Shown here piece after piece: positions 10,355-26,200 of a stretch of DNA of 64,000 bases. Numbering within the stretch: the stretch's first letter is position 1; the number at the start of each line of letters is the position of its first letter. A program made the translations under genes and the position numbers. The stretch spans positions 17,484,001 through 17,548,000 of the forward strand of contig JAQFVV010000010.1 in the NCBI GenBank assembly GCA_028023455.1, read 5' to 3'. Under the pieces are notes generated by a model. It worked only from the letters and a program-made list of their open reading frames with translations. It searched no databases and was not told the DNA's origin. Source of the DNA: Epiperipatus broadwayi. Its lineage: Eukaryota > Animalia > Onychophora.

Positions 10355-13300
10355 ATATCCCTATAACTTTATTTTTCTACATATAATTAATATATAATTA
10401 AAAAATTATATATTGCTTGTATGTGCTATATTTATTCATTTTATAATCTATTACCATGGTAGCATTCAGCTGTTATGTTTCATCATTTTCTCTCTCAGTC
10501 AAATAAAATATGCACTAAATATTTGACTTTAATAGTCTCTGTTATTCATATATCACTAAATATTAAATCTTTCATTTTATTCTTTCTCTATAAACAATAA
10601 ATAATTAAATATCATTTGTGATAAAAATTTTCTCTCCTCTTGCATTCACAAATACTGATAACTCTTTACAGTCTAGTTATTATTCTAACCAACTTTTAAA
10701 CTACCATTTACAATGCAATATTCAGTGGCGATTAATAGTGATTATATTGAGGGATATGTATACAATAATAACTCAAATATACAATAATAACTCAAACAAA
10801 TATGAAATATCATGGTTACAATGCTTAAGGTAACATACCTGAGCTCTTACATAACTATGAAAAGAACTCAACTGACCATGTACTAAATATACTGTACCGA
10901 TATCCTATCGTACATATGTAAATAATTTTGTTAAAAAAAAAAAAATTAAAAATTATTAAAATAAATTATCAATCAGTTTGAAAAGTCGAAATAAATTTAG
11001 AAAGGTTTAAAGAATTTTCATTTTAAAAGGGCAAAGGAAATCTCCAAAAGTCTAAAGAGGTTTTTTTTTATTGAACAAAATGCAGAAAGTAAAAGTCTAA
11101 AGAATTCTTTTTATTATTGTTGTTAGTTTATAGAAAATATTGTTCATAAAGTTATAAATGATTGATTAGAAAAAAAAGAAAGTTAAAGATGACAGTTTAA
11201 AAATATAGAATGTTTATTAAGTTAAAAGCTCTCTCTCTCATTCAAATTTAAAAAAAAGGGTAATCATAAATTTAAACAACGAGTACTTTTAGAAATATAT
11301 ATATGCAAGAGTAAACAAAGAAATGATAAATGCGTGTATATGTGCATGTTAAAATAATATTGAAAAACACATGAAAATAAATATTAAAATAGTAAATTCA
11401 GTAATAACTACTGATTGAAAACATGTTTGCAATGCTATTTAATTAAGAAAGAATCTATAAACAACAATGTAATTAAACTCTTATCAATTGAAATCGAAAG
11501 CAGTGGATAATGGATTTTGCTGGCGGCTATGAAAAACAAACTACAAAAAATGACAACAAGTCGTTACATAAATAGACCTAAATTTTCACACACAAGTCAG
11601 TTTTTTAGGGATCAATCAATTCGTCTGGTCAGTTTAATTTATGTGTTCAATTTGTCAATCAGTCATGCATTGTCAATAGTCATTGGAACAGACAATTCAA
11701 ACCTTGTCCAAATATCAGTACTCTGCCTGAGATGAAGTAACAGCCACTCAATAAGTGAGAGCCACCAGAATATCTACTGTCATAATAATAATGCCACGAA
11801 ATAAATAACGATCCTCAGCTTTAATAAAAGAAGTAACCAGGATCGTCAATCAATAGGAATCCTCTGCAGAAGCATAAATCCAGCTGTCTAGTAATAAAAC
11901 CAGTCAGAAACACACTAGAAACACAGGAAGAAAACAACCAAAATCTCCACACTCCAAAAACCTAGGTATTTAATAACTTTCTTATTTCCATTTATAAATT
12001 CAACATAGTCATTGCCGTCCATAAAGCCTCCAGAGTCAGTAATAAATGAACTCTATAGCATGCATAAAAGAACTATTGATGTGTGTGTTGGTTTGAATGC
12101 CTTATATTTAATATTTATCATACTATTTAATACTTTTGTCATTTAATGTTGTTAGATTACATTTTCATGTGTATTCAAAATGTGTGTGTGTGGTCATATA
12201 TAATCACCATAAATGTTTATGTTAATTAAAAAATATCTAAAAGTAGTTTCAAATTTTAATAATTAGTGTTTAATTAAAATAAATTGCCTTTTAAACTTAA
12301 TATCTGTCTGTTAATTCTTTTTACCATTAATTGAAACAATTTTGTCCTTGTATTTCTATGCTGAGCTAGTCATGGGATATTTTTGAGTGCTGGATTATGG
12401 GCCTACTGTCCAAACACATTAGTTCTACAAATTAGCTGGTGCCTGGGCTTTACTTCAAAACAAATAAAGTGCTTGGATAGTGGGGTTTGAATCTAGCAGT
12501 CGAGGTGAGCCACGGTCTGAAAATGTGATGGTGTTATGCATTGTATAGCTCGGTCTGATCATGGGTATTGTTGACAGCTCTGCTATCAATAATATTCTCC
12601 CCTCTGCTCAAAGGGCCAATCTGTTCATGAAATAATTATTATATAAAGTCATAATAATAAGAATTAAACCCAGATAAACCTAGCATGTAGAGTACGTCTG
12701 GATCTTCTACTGAACGGACCTGCCACAATACAGAACTTTGTTACCTGTATTTAATTCATTAATTTATAACTATAATATTCCTTCTTAATATTCCTAGCAC
12801 CCAGGATTTTGTTTTACAACTAGTTTCCCAGACCACTATGCTTCATCTTCCACATTCTGAATACTTCTCTTGACATCACAAAGAAATTCTAACTACATTA
12901 CATAAAATAATCTCTAAACTACATTTCTAAAATAAATATTGAATATTAAAGTCAAGAAGGTTCAAAACATTGTATACACAAATGATTTCAATTAAATATC
13001 CATTGTTATCACACATTCATTTATTTATATTACAATACTAAATAATTCAGAGAACAACATTTTCATTTTATTGTATCTAAACAGATACAGTCTATTGATA
13101 TCTTAGAAACTCATAATCATACTTAAAAAAATATGCATACTTAAGCATTCATAAAAATTATGTAAATACCTTTAGATACCCACAAGGTATATTCTACATT
13201 TATATTACATTCATAAAACAATCTATATACTTTTAATCATATAAATATGATTCCATCTGACTTTAATATTCAAGCAATATGATAAATGATATCAAATATA

Positions 13301-15999
13301 CATTAAAATATCATTAAAATGCATAATAATTTACCTTTAATTCCAACAATTACTGGAATTAAGTATGTTGATCCCCATTCTTTTCTTCATTGTCCAAACG
13401 TAAAATAAGTTACAGGTACATTTTTATTTTACCTTTCAGAAAATTAAATTTTTCGATACTTATTATTTTTCTTTATTTTTTAAAATAAATTATTTCAATC
13501 TTAACACTATGTTTATTTCTTTAAAAAAATATATTAACTAAATATTATTCCCAATAATAAAATATTAATACTAAAATATAGAAAAATAATAAAATTCAAA
13601 GCTACTAAAGTTTTTGTTGCTTTCATTCCTCCAGTGCCAAGCTCAGACTATGAAAAAGTTTGAACAAAATTTCTCTCTCCTCCATCATGCTGAACAAAAC
13701 TCCATAAGGCACAGAATTAGATCTCTTAAAATCTCTTCAAAATACTGTTCATCCCAAATAGTCTATCTAAATCCATTTTCTTAGCATTTCCAATAAAACA
13801 GATATTTTAGAAGAAAACATTTTATTAATATAATTTTTTCATATTAGGTAATAATTTTCCCATATGTACATTTTTTATGTTGGTTTATGGTAAAGTTTGA
13901 AATTAATTGATTGTATACCAAAATGTATTCATCTAGTAAGGTGATGAATATTCTAATTAGTCTTGTGATCTTGTATCATATTTTTAAAATGTTTGTCGGA
14001 TTGCTAGTAAGTCTGGATGTCATTTTTATTTGAGAAATTGGGAAAAATAATAGTTCTATATACCAATAATGTTCTTTTTTTTTTTTAATATGTGAAATAC
14101 TTTTTAAGTTATTTGGATTTTTAAAAAATATATTTCAATTAATATTAATCAAGTCATAAATAAGTGAAAGCAAAATATTTACCACTAATAATTTAATTAT
14201 AATTAAGGAAAATCACATTTATTCAAAATATTTTTTAATACTATAAGAACAAAATTTTCAAAAATAATAAAAAATAATTATCAAATATACATAAAAAATT
14301 ATTAATGTGAGATTTATCTAAATGTTCATTTGCTATTTGTTTTCTTAATTTTTTTTTATGATGTTTGTATTTTAAAAGGCATATTCTGAACAAATAAATA
14401 AATCCAATAAAAGTCAGCCCTTTTTGGGAAACATGGGTTAATATCCAACATTTTTTCTTTATGTGATTCCTAATCTTTTCTTCATTTACTGATTTTAAAT
14501 GTAAATTATTTTGAACTTATAATATGTTTTCAGTTCTACTTCAGTTTGGTTTCATATCAACTAATTAAGCAATTTTCTTTGAATTTTTTATGATATTTAA
14601 GTTATTTTGAAACTGATTTTAAAAAAAAAACAATGAACTTTTATCAAAATCTTGAATTAATTTTATCCTCATATATATATACATTTCATTTTAAAATTAT
14701 TTTATATTAAAATGAACTACAACAGAATTTTCATTAATAAACTTGAAGAAGTAAGGAAAACATCTAAATTTGTAGTCATTTATATTTTTCTTCAGTATAA
14801 TTAAGTATTATTAGAAAGTTCTTATGTCAATTAAATTTTTATTTTTTCATTGCAACTGTATATTTAAATTGCAGAAATGTATTAAAAATAATAAATTTAA
14901 TAACTTTTGAATCATTCAGTTGCAGATAAATATCTCCTCTTTTGTGAAGAAAAAATTTTATTATCACAAGAAATATTTCCATAAATTTACTTCTGCTGGG
15001 TCATTATTCTCTACTGGTCATCTTCCATTTGTAATTTGAATAGTCATCTTTAAAATGGCTTTTTCTCAAGCAGATTTAATAATTTTAAACTTAATATCCA
15101 AAATATTTGTATTTAATTTTTTGCCACACAGATCTGGATATTTGTCATCATTCTTGCAGAATGAAATGAAGTCTGATTTCTTTGGAATACTCATGATTTA
15201 TCCTCATATTAAAAATAAATATTTTAAATTTTTTATTGAAATCAAATTTTAATTTGATTATCTATTTTAACAATGCACATTTACATTTGCATAGACAACT
15301 GAATTCAACTTGGACCAGTTAAAGTTCTAAAAGATCTGTGATAGTAGTGCTGGTGAAATCGTTATTGAATCGGATTATGCATGAAAATATTTTAATACAT
15401 TAGTAGAATTGATTAAATTTTTTTTTTTTTTAATAAGTGAATCAGATTTCTGAGAAATAAGTTTAATATCATAAATTTGACATGTCTTTATACTGGTTGA
15501 AAATAATCATACGTAATGTTACTTTAATCATTCAAATTGTTAATCAAATATATCAACCTATCTTTGAATTATTATAAACCATATAAATAAATAAATAAAA
15601 AATTTTCATTGAACCTAGTAATGTACTAAGATCCACTTGTGCATGCTTGGATTCACTCATGATTTCTGCAGTATCATAACTACATATCTACTTTTTGAAT
15701 TTGGATCAGTCCAGGTTAAATTCACTTTGTCTGCATCCTACCATCAGATATAAATGTATATTTACTTACTTTATTAAAGTAGGTATCAAATTAACATTTG
15801 ATTTCAGTAAAAAGTTTAAAATATTTTTAGGTATTATTATTTTAATTATTTAAAATAAAAAGCAAAGATATCTACCTACCTTTGATTTTTTATAAGCCAT
15901 CTGAATAAAAAAATATTTTTTATTGACTTTACACATTATTTTTTTATTCTAGCATAAAATTCATAATTTGAACAAATAATCAACCAGTAATCACTTCAT

Positions 16000-18300
16000 A
16001 ATTTACCAGAAATAGCACAGATATATATAATTTAATTGCAGAAGTTATATCACTATAATTATTCTATCTTTTAACTTGTTAAATGCAACAACACCACATG
16101 TCAACATTTAAGTCCATCTTTTTACTTTAAAAATTATTGAGATATTTATATTCATCCATGTTCTCATCTTGATAATCATTCAAGCAAAAGATTATTGAAG
16201 ATTCTTCTATCATTTGGCTGATAAAGAACTTGAATTTTTTCTAAACATTAATTACTAAACTAATCCCATGAATAAAAAATATTAAAAACATTTTGTAGAT
16301 CATCTTTTGAATTGGAAATGATATAATCATCAGCATATTGTAAATATAGAAGCAAAGAAGATCTACTTCTTATTTTTACTTTTAATCAGTTCAAATTAAA
16401 AATTTTGTGTCACATTTTAATGCTTGTTTCATGGGGCCATTTATAAATTATTCTAAAAACTACTGTTGGAGTTAATCCATATCCTTGTTTGACATCATTT
16501 TTCACCAATGGGAATAATTCTTTTTATTTCATCATGTATTTCTGTTGACAAATATTGCCACATCTATAAATACATCAAACCTTTGCTCCTAATACCAATA
16601 TTAATCTTATCTTTGCTTGGTAACCAAAAACCATATTCTCTAAAATCACTTTGAATCTTTTTAACAAAATTCTTTTAATGTAATGAATAACAATGAGATT
16701 TCATAATAATTACTATCATATTTTCTATTTTCTTTATTTCTATAATTAAAACAATGGAAGCTCTTTAAGATCATTTGCACAACTTAATTTGTTTATATAT
16801 TCCTAAAAAATTGCACTATTTTTGAATCTAATATATGATTGCCATATTTTAAACTCCAGATTTATTATCAGAACCTGATGACAATTCATTTTTAAGATTA
16901 TGAAGATATGTTATAACTTCACTAAGTCAAATTTTTTTGTCCAAATGTAAATCACTAAATAGGATGAAGATATCATTAAAAATCCTCATTTCAATTCTTA
17001 TATCATTATTCTCAAGGTAATCAAAATACTTTCTCCACTTGTTCAAACCAGCATCACCATCTTATAAAAGAGTGTTAATTATGATTTTGATTGAATTATA
17101 ACATTTTTCAGGACTATATGTAAACTTCAATAAATTTTTAAAAAAAATCTTAAGTGATCATGATTAATGAATTTCTATAGTTTTAATCTATCAATTATTT
17201 TTAAATCTTTTTGTTAATTATTGAACTTCTTCTGCATTTAAATTTCTATATTGCTTATGAATCTTCATATTCAATTTATTATTCTTACAAGCAGAAGTGT
17301 CATAGTTCCTTTTAATTATTTCATGGATAATAAAATCACTGTCATAGAACCACTTCAGGATTTTTGAATCTAAACAGAAATAGATTTATTTATAATCATG
17401 ATTATACCTTGAAAAAATGTCATGCCTCAATAATATGATGATATTTAAAATACAAGTCAGCAAGTTTAATTTTTAGTAGCTGCCAAAATTTAGTATGGAT
17501 AGTAGATGCTTCTGAAGAACTAATATCAAATTTCATACAAATATTATTGAAATAGGACCTATTTTGTATGTATTAGTCTATGATGTATTCAATAATCTGT
17601 GTATGTAAATACTCATATTATATGAACTTCTGATTCCTAACTTTAATATAATTTATTAGAAGCTATTGTTTTGAGATTTTGGTGTTTTTTTTTTATCCAA
17701 ATAAAGTATTCATAATGCTCATTACATAGTGTAAAAATTCAATAACAACAGACCATTTTAGTTTACAATATCAGTACTATAATTTTCAATAATTTTGGGC
17801 CAAAATTTATTTACTATATATTAAAGTCTCCAAAAGAAAAAAAAAGTTCTTTAATGATATTGATATGATAATGCCATCTAGAAAGAATTTTTTTTTCCTT
17901 TCTCCGAACTTTCTCAATCTAATATTGGAACATGAGCAATTACAAAATTAGCATAGGTACCACTGCAGAAATCAAGTTTAATTAATATTAGTCTTTCATT
18001 GCTGTTCTTCTCAAAAAAATTTGTAACCATCTACCTGTTCAACTAAATTTTTTGACACTGGAAAACAAAATTTCACTAAGAGAGGTTTTATCAATCTTAA
18101 ATGTTGACAGGGCCTTAGTTATAAATGCTATATTGAATATTTTGCATCAAATAAAATTTTCACATTCTATTCGCCTATATTTAGAAAATAAATTAAAATA
18201 TATTTATTGTTACTACTATCTTCTGCCGTAACACCATTATTATTGCTATTTTTTAACAATTATTTGTATTGCTTTAATGAATGATCTTCCAATTGTATAT
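16000..18300 (-). pseudogene. Very degraded DNA-transposon coding remnants (pogo-like and/or hAT-like)
   Basis: Minus-strand fragments GRWLQNFF (~18020-18045, pogo HTH-like), QGII (~17395-17412) and LFYK..W.SGEVF (~17025-17075, hAT RW-like). The motifs point to different superfamilies, so assignment is uncertain. Confidence 0.25.
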
Positions 18301-20083
18301 CAGTGAGGCTATTTTTTAGAACATCTTAGCTAGGTCTCCTCTATTTCTGTGAAAGAAAGCTATCTAAATAAGACTGCCTAAATATATAATCTTTGCTGAG
18401 TTGAAAGTCCTGGTTCAAATCTAGTTCAAAAACAATTAATTGTTGATTTTATTACAAAGACTACAAAAAGAACATTCCATCTACTAAATCTCTCTCTCTG
18501 TAATTGCTTTTCAATATGAGAATTTGTGCACAAAAGAATTGAGGGGGAAATATTGAAGTTTGAATCATTGGGCATATAGTTAAAGGATGGAAATGTGATG
18601 GCATAAATTCACACAATATCATTGTCACAATAAATGTAGGGAGATGTATGATGGTATGAGAGGTATGCCTGATCCCTATGATAACTTAAATGACTGAAAA
18701 CAGTAAAGTAAAAGAACACAGACAGAAAAGACTATTACTACAGTATTTAGTTTTTGTTGAATTAATAAGGCAATAGGAGATACTCTTGACCAGATATTGT
18801 TTATAATTTTCATATATGATCATTTTTTTATCATTCCTTTGATAACCTGAGTACAGCATCTACTATTTTTTTATTATTCTAATTTAATACATATTAATTA
18901 TAAATTTATTTGTTAATAAATAAAGAAATGCACATAAATAAATTTATTTAAATAAATTCTATAAAAAATTTGTTTCTGAATCTAGTGCTGCACACACAAT
19001 TTTGAAGTGAGAGTTACATTACCAATTAAATATATTTCAGAAAATCTAAGTATTGAAAAAAATACATATTTTTTACAAATGAAAATAAATTCTCAAATTA
19101 TTAAAATATTTTGAAGTAATTTATAATTTTTATTATAAATATCAAAATGTTACTACAAACATAATTAAATAGAGATTTTGAAAAGATAAAAAACCTTTTA
19201 TAGTAAAAGATATTTTGGAATTTTATTATTTAATTAATAAGAAAGTATTAAATTTTAATAATATTGTTCTTAGAAATAAATTTTAAAGTATGTTGAATAG
19301 GCTTTTGATAAATCTACCAGTTAAAACTCCTTTAAATGCCTTTCTATGACAAAAATCTATCTTTTTAATAATCATGTAATCATATTTTTTGGGTAGATTG
19401 TGTTGACAAATGAGGAAAGAAAGTAAGACCACATAATTATTGATGTTATTATATATATAATCATAAAATAAGCTTTCTTTATTTAACTACGGTGATTTAT
19501 TAATAAATGAATGGAAGAAAAATGAATAATTTAAATTGTCAATGTTCTTTATACTCACACATATACAAAAAATAATTTCATTGTATCTGTAATTATAAGA
19601 ATTATAAATAATTGTATATGAAATATGGCTATTTTCTAATATGTGTTGACAAGAAATAATTTCTAATTTAAATATATTGCACAACAAATATAATAATCAA
19701 AAGAAATTCAATTCTTCATTTTTTTTTTTAAATAACCCCATTAAGTAAAAAAAAGAACAGATTTATTTCTTATTAAGTTGTTCTCAGATAACTTTTGATC
19801 TTGAAATTTGCAACTTAATAGTTTAAATGTAATAACCAATGTATATAAAAAAAATTTTGTATTTAAAGTTATAATTGGTTGTCAAATATATATATACTTT
19901 TTTAAAAATATTTTTACATAGAGAAATAAGAAAAATAAATTACATTTCTTTAATTCATGTTTGCATTGAAAATTCATAATCTTGGAGATTAAAGTTGAAA
20001 ATACTGCAATAATAAAATTATGAAATTTTTGTGTCAATGGTGATCATATGATGAAATTTATAATACTTGAAAAATGATTAGTT

Positions 20084-20492
20084 ATAATATTTCTGTAGTG
20101 TAATTTTCATTACATCACTCTCATAAAAATTATTAATATACTTCCATTATATCAAAGTTGTGAGGGCAGCAAGTTTGACACATCAATTAAACTATAGTAA
20201 TTTTCTGTTTATATATACTAAACAATGATCAAATATATGTGTAAGAGATGTAGTTTGAGCCAACTTATGAGTGCTGGTTCAATATAAAATGTGCATCTTG
20301 GGGATCATATATCTTTTTCATATGTCTTTAGTCATATGTTTATAATTACATCTCACCACAAAATGTTAAAAGCAAATAAAAAAAAACACTCCTACCTTGT
20401 TTGAAAGTGGTGTAGTAAAAATTACATTACAGAAATATTATTCATTATTGGATAATCTGTAGTCTAATAAATGATTAATAAAAATTATTAAT
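20084..20492 (+). mobile_element. Family B copy with inverted arms and the start of a second tandem unit (~354-bp period)
   Basis: 20084-20122 is the reverse complement of ~20403-20440. aaaaattattaat recurs at ~20126 and ~20480. Degenerate HHR at 20259-20307 (CUUAUGA...AAAA-U-GUGC-A-UC^UUGGG). Confidence 0.75.
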
Positions 20493-23400
20493 GATTAGTT
20501 ATATATGATCAATAATTTTAAAATTTAAATGATTAAAATTTAAGAATTGTATATATAGAATTAGTAATTTTTTAACATTTTGAAGCAATTAAATCCATAT
20601 GCACTCATGACATAATAGGCCTCATATCTACTTATCGCGTCCATGACTTTTTTCATTTTCTAAATAAAATTATTTTTTTTGTCAGATAATCAATCCATAG
20701 TCAGATTAGCTACCATTTAATTTTTAGTTTATAAATAGATATGTATTATTATTGGTCTGCTGGTAAAATAAAGAAAGATAAACTCCAAAACACGATAATT
20801 TCAGCATTTGATTAGCTTAGTGAGAATTGTCTTTTATTTATTGCTTTCTTTGCAGAAAGCCTTTCATACACCCACACAGGTTGTACCTATGCATTTATAA
20901 TTAATCATGTATATTATTTACATTATGCACAATTTTTGTATAGTAAAAAGGCAAGGATAAGTTTTTATATAGTAAAATAATAAGGTCAAAGTATAACTGA
21001 TTAATAGTATAGAAAACTAATTGCTTACTATTTTTGTCTTTTTTATGACGTGTTGAATTATTTTTAATAAATTAGTTTACTTAGATTTTTTTTTTTTTAA
21101 TCTAATCTCCTCTGGACTTCAACATTTTGTTTAGTTTACAATTAAAGCACTATTCATTAGTTTTTGCTTGAGTGCAATTATAATTAAAGAAATATTGAAA
21201 GACAATATTCTTGAATGTATTTTCTTATACATCATTTTTTTGACAAGTTACCACAATTAAATCAATCATTAAAGCTACAATATGTGCTACAAATATTGAA
21301 TAACATTAATCAGGAGATACTTAAAGTTTCAAAAAAAGCAATATATAACTTTAGCCTGAACATCAATCTATAATTATGCTAAGATAGAAAAAACTCATAA
21401 ATTGAAAGATTTTATAAATATTTAGACCTTATTCCATTGTTTTTAACATAGAATTGAATATCTAGAATATGCACTATTCACTAGAGTTTAATTATAAATC
21501 ACAGACATCATTAGTCAATTTATTATATCTATATAGGAACACTATATAATTGTCTAGATGGGTATAATATATTCAAAGAATGAAATACATATATAGAGTA
21601 TATCTAATTCCAGTTCCATTCATTAGCAAAAAATCTATGGATTATTGTAATTCTTGAAAAAGAATCTAATTTGAATGTTGCAAGTAAGTGGAAGGGCTTT
21701 TTTTTTTTTGGTTAGATCTCATTCATTTTCCTGGGGGGATGGGGGGTGAGTATACATGTATAATTATTTCATCTATTATTATAGTAGTATTAAATATTTA
21801 TCTTCTATCCAAGATGAGAAAAATTGACAAAAAAAACTTGTAGTATCAATAACAGTTTCTTTGTCAATCAATTTTGTAAAATTATTACTAATAGGCATGG
21901 TTTGAAGACTAAATAAGGAATATTATTGTTGTTTTTTACTATAGTTTAAACTTTCTCATAGTGCATATATAATAACTTTGGCATTTTCAGAATTAAAGTT
22001 GTGGTCTGTATGGGAGAATTGTGATTAAAAGGTAAATATAACTGCCTTTAAACTGAAAGAGTTATTATGTTTTTTTAATTCCTAGGCTTATGTGTTTCTT
22101 GAACAATATTTTTATATTGCTCCTTAGTTTGTCAAATATCTAACAAAAATAAGTTTCTATATTTGGCAGACTAAAGTATTTCAGTTATATTTGTCACATA
22201 AGATCAAAATAATTTTTATGTTACATTTTTTTGCAAGTTTTTTTTTTTTTTTTAAGGAATAATCTTTATTATTCTCCAGGATTGGCTGAATTAAAGCACC
22301 TTAATTTAAACCATGTTTTAAAAGAAATGATTTTTTTAAAATAAAAAAAAGAATGAATTTTTAAAAAAATGTTAATCATATTTTTAAAAATATTATGATT
22401 TCATGCATTAATTAAAAAAAAACAGTAACTGTAAGAATTTAAACATTATAACTTTGACCATTTATTGTTAAACTAGTATCCAATGTTAGTAGGTTTTTTT
22501 AAATCACTTTATTTTATAATGCAAGAAGTGTAATTCATAAACAAATCCTTCATTTAACTCAAGTTCATCAAAACAATTTGCTTTAATAGAACACTTTTTT
22601 AGAACAATTATTATTTAAGCTAGTGACTATGATATCTGAATTGCATTTTGATTTAATTTTCTAATTTAATCTTACATTGGTATAGTTCTATATTTCTCTA
22701 TGCATACATTATCAATTTATCAATATAATCTCCAAAGTCTTTAGTTTGGAAATTCCTCTGTATAGGGAATTTACTAATAACATATAAGGAAATCCGTCTA
22801 GTATTATTAATTAATGTATTGAGATAAATGGAATGAAAACAGAAAAAGAAAGTAGAGTTAAATGTAAAAAATTTGAATTGGAAAGTTATATACACAGAGT
22901 GAAGTATCATTCAGAAAAATGCAAATATACTAACAGAATGCAAATATACTAACAGAGATGATAAAGTTTTGAAATTAATTTTGATTTATTATTTTAGTAT
23001 TAATTAGTTCTTTTTTTCCAAATTAAATTTTATAACTAACAAAATTTACTTTGTGTGTTAAAAATTCTAAATCCTCTATAATTTTGGTTTTCCTTTATTT
23101 ATATTAAGGTGCTTTCAAAATGGAATATGCCTAATTAAATTTTACAGGGTATTCTAATTGCTCAAAGGAAAAGTTTAACTTTTAATACATTTATTATTTC
23201 AAACAATTCTTTATTGATTCTATATTTTTTTTAAAAAAAATCAGGTGTTTTATATGGTGTATCCATTTACTTGATATTTGCAACATGCACAAAACTGGAA
23301 CACAAAATTCAACATATACATTGACTATATTTTAAGGTAGTAAATTATTAAGTGTAGCTGCTTATACATTGTACTTACCTGTATCATTGATAAGAAGTTT

Positions 23401-24102
23401 CTGGTTATATCAGTGCAAAAAAAAAGTATACATCTATTGAAAAATGCAACTTAACAATGAAAGTTTCATATCAATGCAAATCACAGTGAAAAATTAGCAC
23501 AGATTATTTGGTTATTGGAAAATCTCATCGAACAACTTAAGTGATTCAGATAAATTCATTTGTAAGAAGAATGTAAAATAAAGGAGAGTAGAAGTTTAAA
23601 AACATATATATATAAAGAGATAAAAGAAAGTTAGTTTTACAATTATTATGAAATTCATGCCAAAGTAAATATTTACTGTAAATTTTTTATCTATAAATAT
23701 TATTTGAGAGTAACTGACTTAGAACATTAAAAAAAAATCAAAATATTATGGCTATATATCCTGGAAATATAGATAAATAAAAATAACAGACACTGAAAAA
23801 AAAGTTTAAGTCTTATGAAAAAATATATAGTTTATATATTCTTTTAATGACTTTAGACATTAAATTGATTAATTTAAATTTATTTTCATCACTGAATATA
23901 CATAATTTCAGAAGACTTTAAAATAATATACAACCTAATATATATATAAGTCTTAACCTTTTGGTTACTGTTATTTTTGTTTATCCATGGCTTTTTTCTG
24001 GATTATTATCCTCAATAGTCTGTTTAATCTCTTATAGACAGTTACAGTGTCCAAGATTTACTAATTCTGGATAGAAAATTTGCAGTTCAATTTTAATATA
24101 CT

Positions 24103-24425
24103 TTAGGCAAAACTCACTATACGTATTGCCACACACAGCAAGCTAGACTAATCAATGGATGCCAGAAGGCTTGTGCATAAAATCCCCATCTAGTGCCTAC
24201 GCATACAATATCCCCAGACTAGTTTCTGGCTTGTGGCCTTCGTCAGTGAGGAGCCTTGGATCTGAGAGCACTGCACCTAGATCTTAGGATCTAATGCACA
24301 AGCCTTCTGGCATCCATTGATTATTCTAGCTTGCTGTGTGTGGCAATATGTATAGTGAGTTTTGCCTGTTTTAACAACAGTTATACACAAGCATAAGAAG
24401 TGGTGGTCATATGATGTTTATTGGC
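24103..24425 (-). mobile_element. Family C palindromic hammerhead element
   Basis: Left arm 24103-24178 is the reverse complement of 24294-24368. The HHR lies between the arms. Confidence 0.85.
24203..24261 (-). ncRNA. Minimal type-I hammerhead (family C)
   Basis: Minus strand: AUCCAA-GGC-UCCUCA-CUGACGA-A-GGC/CACAA/GCC-A-GAAA-CUAG-UC^-UGGGGA-UA-UUGUAU. Palindromic ACUAGU stem III and GUC site; the stem II closing pair is non-canonical. Confidence 0.75.
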
Positions 24426-25299
24426 TTAATATACTTTAGTGTGAGTTTATAAAACTAACTTTCTTCTCTCACAATTAAATTTGTCTGCAACAACTTGAAT
24501 TGTTGGATGTAATTTTTTAATAATCTATGTGAATTTTTGTAGTGATTTTTTTTGATGTGAAAATTTCACTATCAAATTGCATTTTTCAATAGACACACGA
24601 CTTTTTTGACACTGACTGGATTTTAATATGAACAGAATAATCACTAAGCAATGATAAGTTAATGAAGTGTACATTCAATTTTATATTCCAGTTTTGTGCA
24701 TGCTATAGATGTCTAATGGATGGATGTACTGAATAAAAGGTCTATCTATTGTTTTTTTAATATATGAATCAATAAAAGATTATTTGGAATAGAAAATATG
24801 TTTCAAAAGTAAACTTTTTTCCTTTGAGAAATTATGGTAGTTTGTAAGATTTAATTACATAAGTTCAATTTTGAGAGCTGTCATATATGTGGGAATTTCA
24901 TTAGGCTCTCCTTAAAATATTATTTCAATCTTATTCTCAAATATTCTAACTTTTATAGTATGTTACATAAATCAGTGCATTTTTAATAAAATAAATTAAA
25001 AGCTTTTAAAATATTTTAGGAGATATGTCTCAGACACTATCTCACTTAGAAGCAGCAAATTAACAAGCATTTGAACATTATCAAAATAACCTTCAAGCAA
25101 AAAATAAAAAATAAATAAAATAATTTCATCTTCATTGAATTTGTTTGTTGTAAAATTTTCATCTGAATAGATAGATTCACTAGATTTACAAGCAGCTCAA
25201 TTTGTGTATGCTAACAAAATTATAGTTCATAGTGTAGAACACTTATAATTTGTTCAGATAATGTGCAGCAGCATCCATGTTATATCTTCAAAATGAAAA

Positions 25300-26200
25300 A
25301 GAAATTTGAGGTATTTTCATGAACACTTTTATTAGGAAGAAAAAAAGCAAATACTCTTCAGTGTTAAAAATAAAACTATTTGTGTAGGCATCAAAAGATG
25401 ACCAAATATTTATAATAATTAATTAATGTGCACAACAGTAACAATTGCAAAAGAGAATATGTATTTGCTGGATAATATGGACTCATCATGAAGTTTTTAT
25501 ACCTTAGAATACCTTGTGAAGATGGTATCTAATAGTATCAAAAAATATAAAAAAGGGTTGAAACATTTTGTTCAATTGTGATAAATATGCACCTAATGTG
25601 TAACTTGTTAAAAAACTGCAAAGACCTGGGTGTGATAATCTGTTTGTTATGCACATCTTTTGAATTTTTTAGATAATAACTCAATTTTTAAATTTAAAAG
25701 AATGTATTATTGCAGGTGTTGATAAATATTTTCAAAACAATAAATTTGAAAATGCTCTTTTTAGACAATCAAGTGCTCCAAAACTTATCATATCTGTTGG
25801 AATTGTTTAGTGTGTTATCTGAATGCTTAGATTAATGTTATAATAATCAAGCAAAAGTGACAATATTATACTTGAGAAGAATATTCTGGATATGATTTGA
25901 ATTTTGAAGCCTATTGCTGAAACTCTTAATGAAACACAAAAAACTTTTATGAAATGTAAACCAATATAATATTAAGAAAGAGGTTTGACAGATATAGCTC
26001 ACTTTTTTGCTTATATGTTTGATCTAAAGCAAATCATGAGCACTAAACTAGTTGAATGAATAAAGTGGGACTTGATTTTGCATGCTCAAAGTATAAGTTA
26101 ACAAGACATAAATTCCACTACTTCAGAAATAATTTTTGAATGAATTTGTCATGTTACAAGTATTAGTTTTTAAGTAATGGAAGAGACCCCCCCCCTTTTT
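25300..26200 (+). pseudogene. hAT transposase remnant
   Basis: SIV.DNAPNV-like (25572-25600), CYAHLLNF (25645-25668, CxxH motif), CWN (RWNS-like, ~25795), LKPIAETLNETQ (25904-25939), HFFAYMFD (~26000-26023), in the correct hAT order. Confidence 0.65.

Noticed and set aside
11340-12060. GC-elevated stretch with ORF 11517..11735
   Set aside because: Probably a TE fragment, but no termini, TSD or protein motif could be identified, so no call is made.
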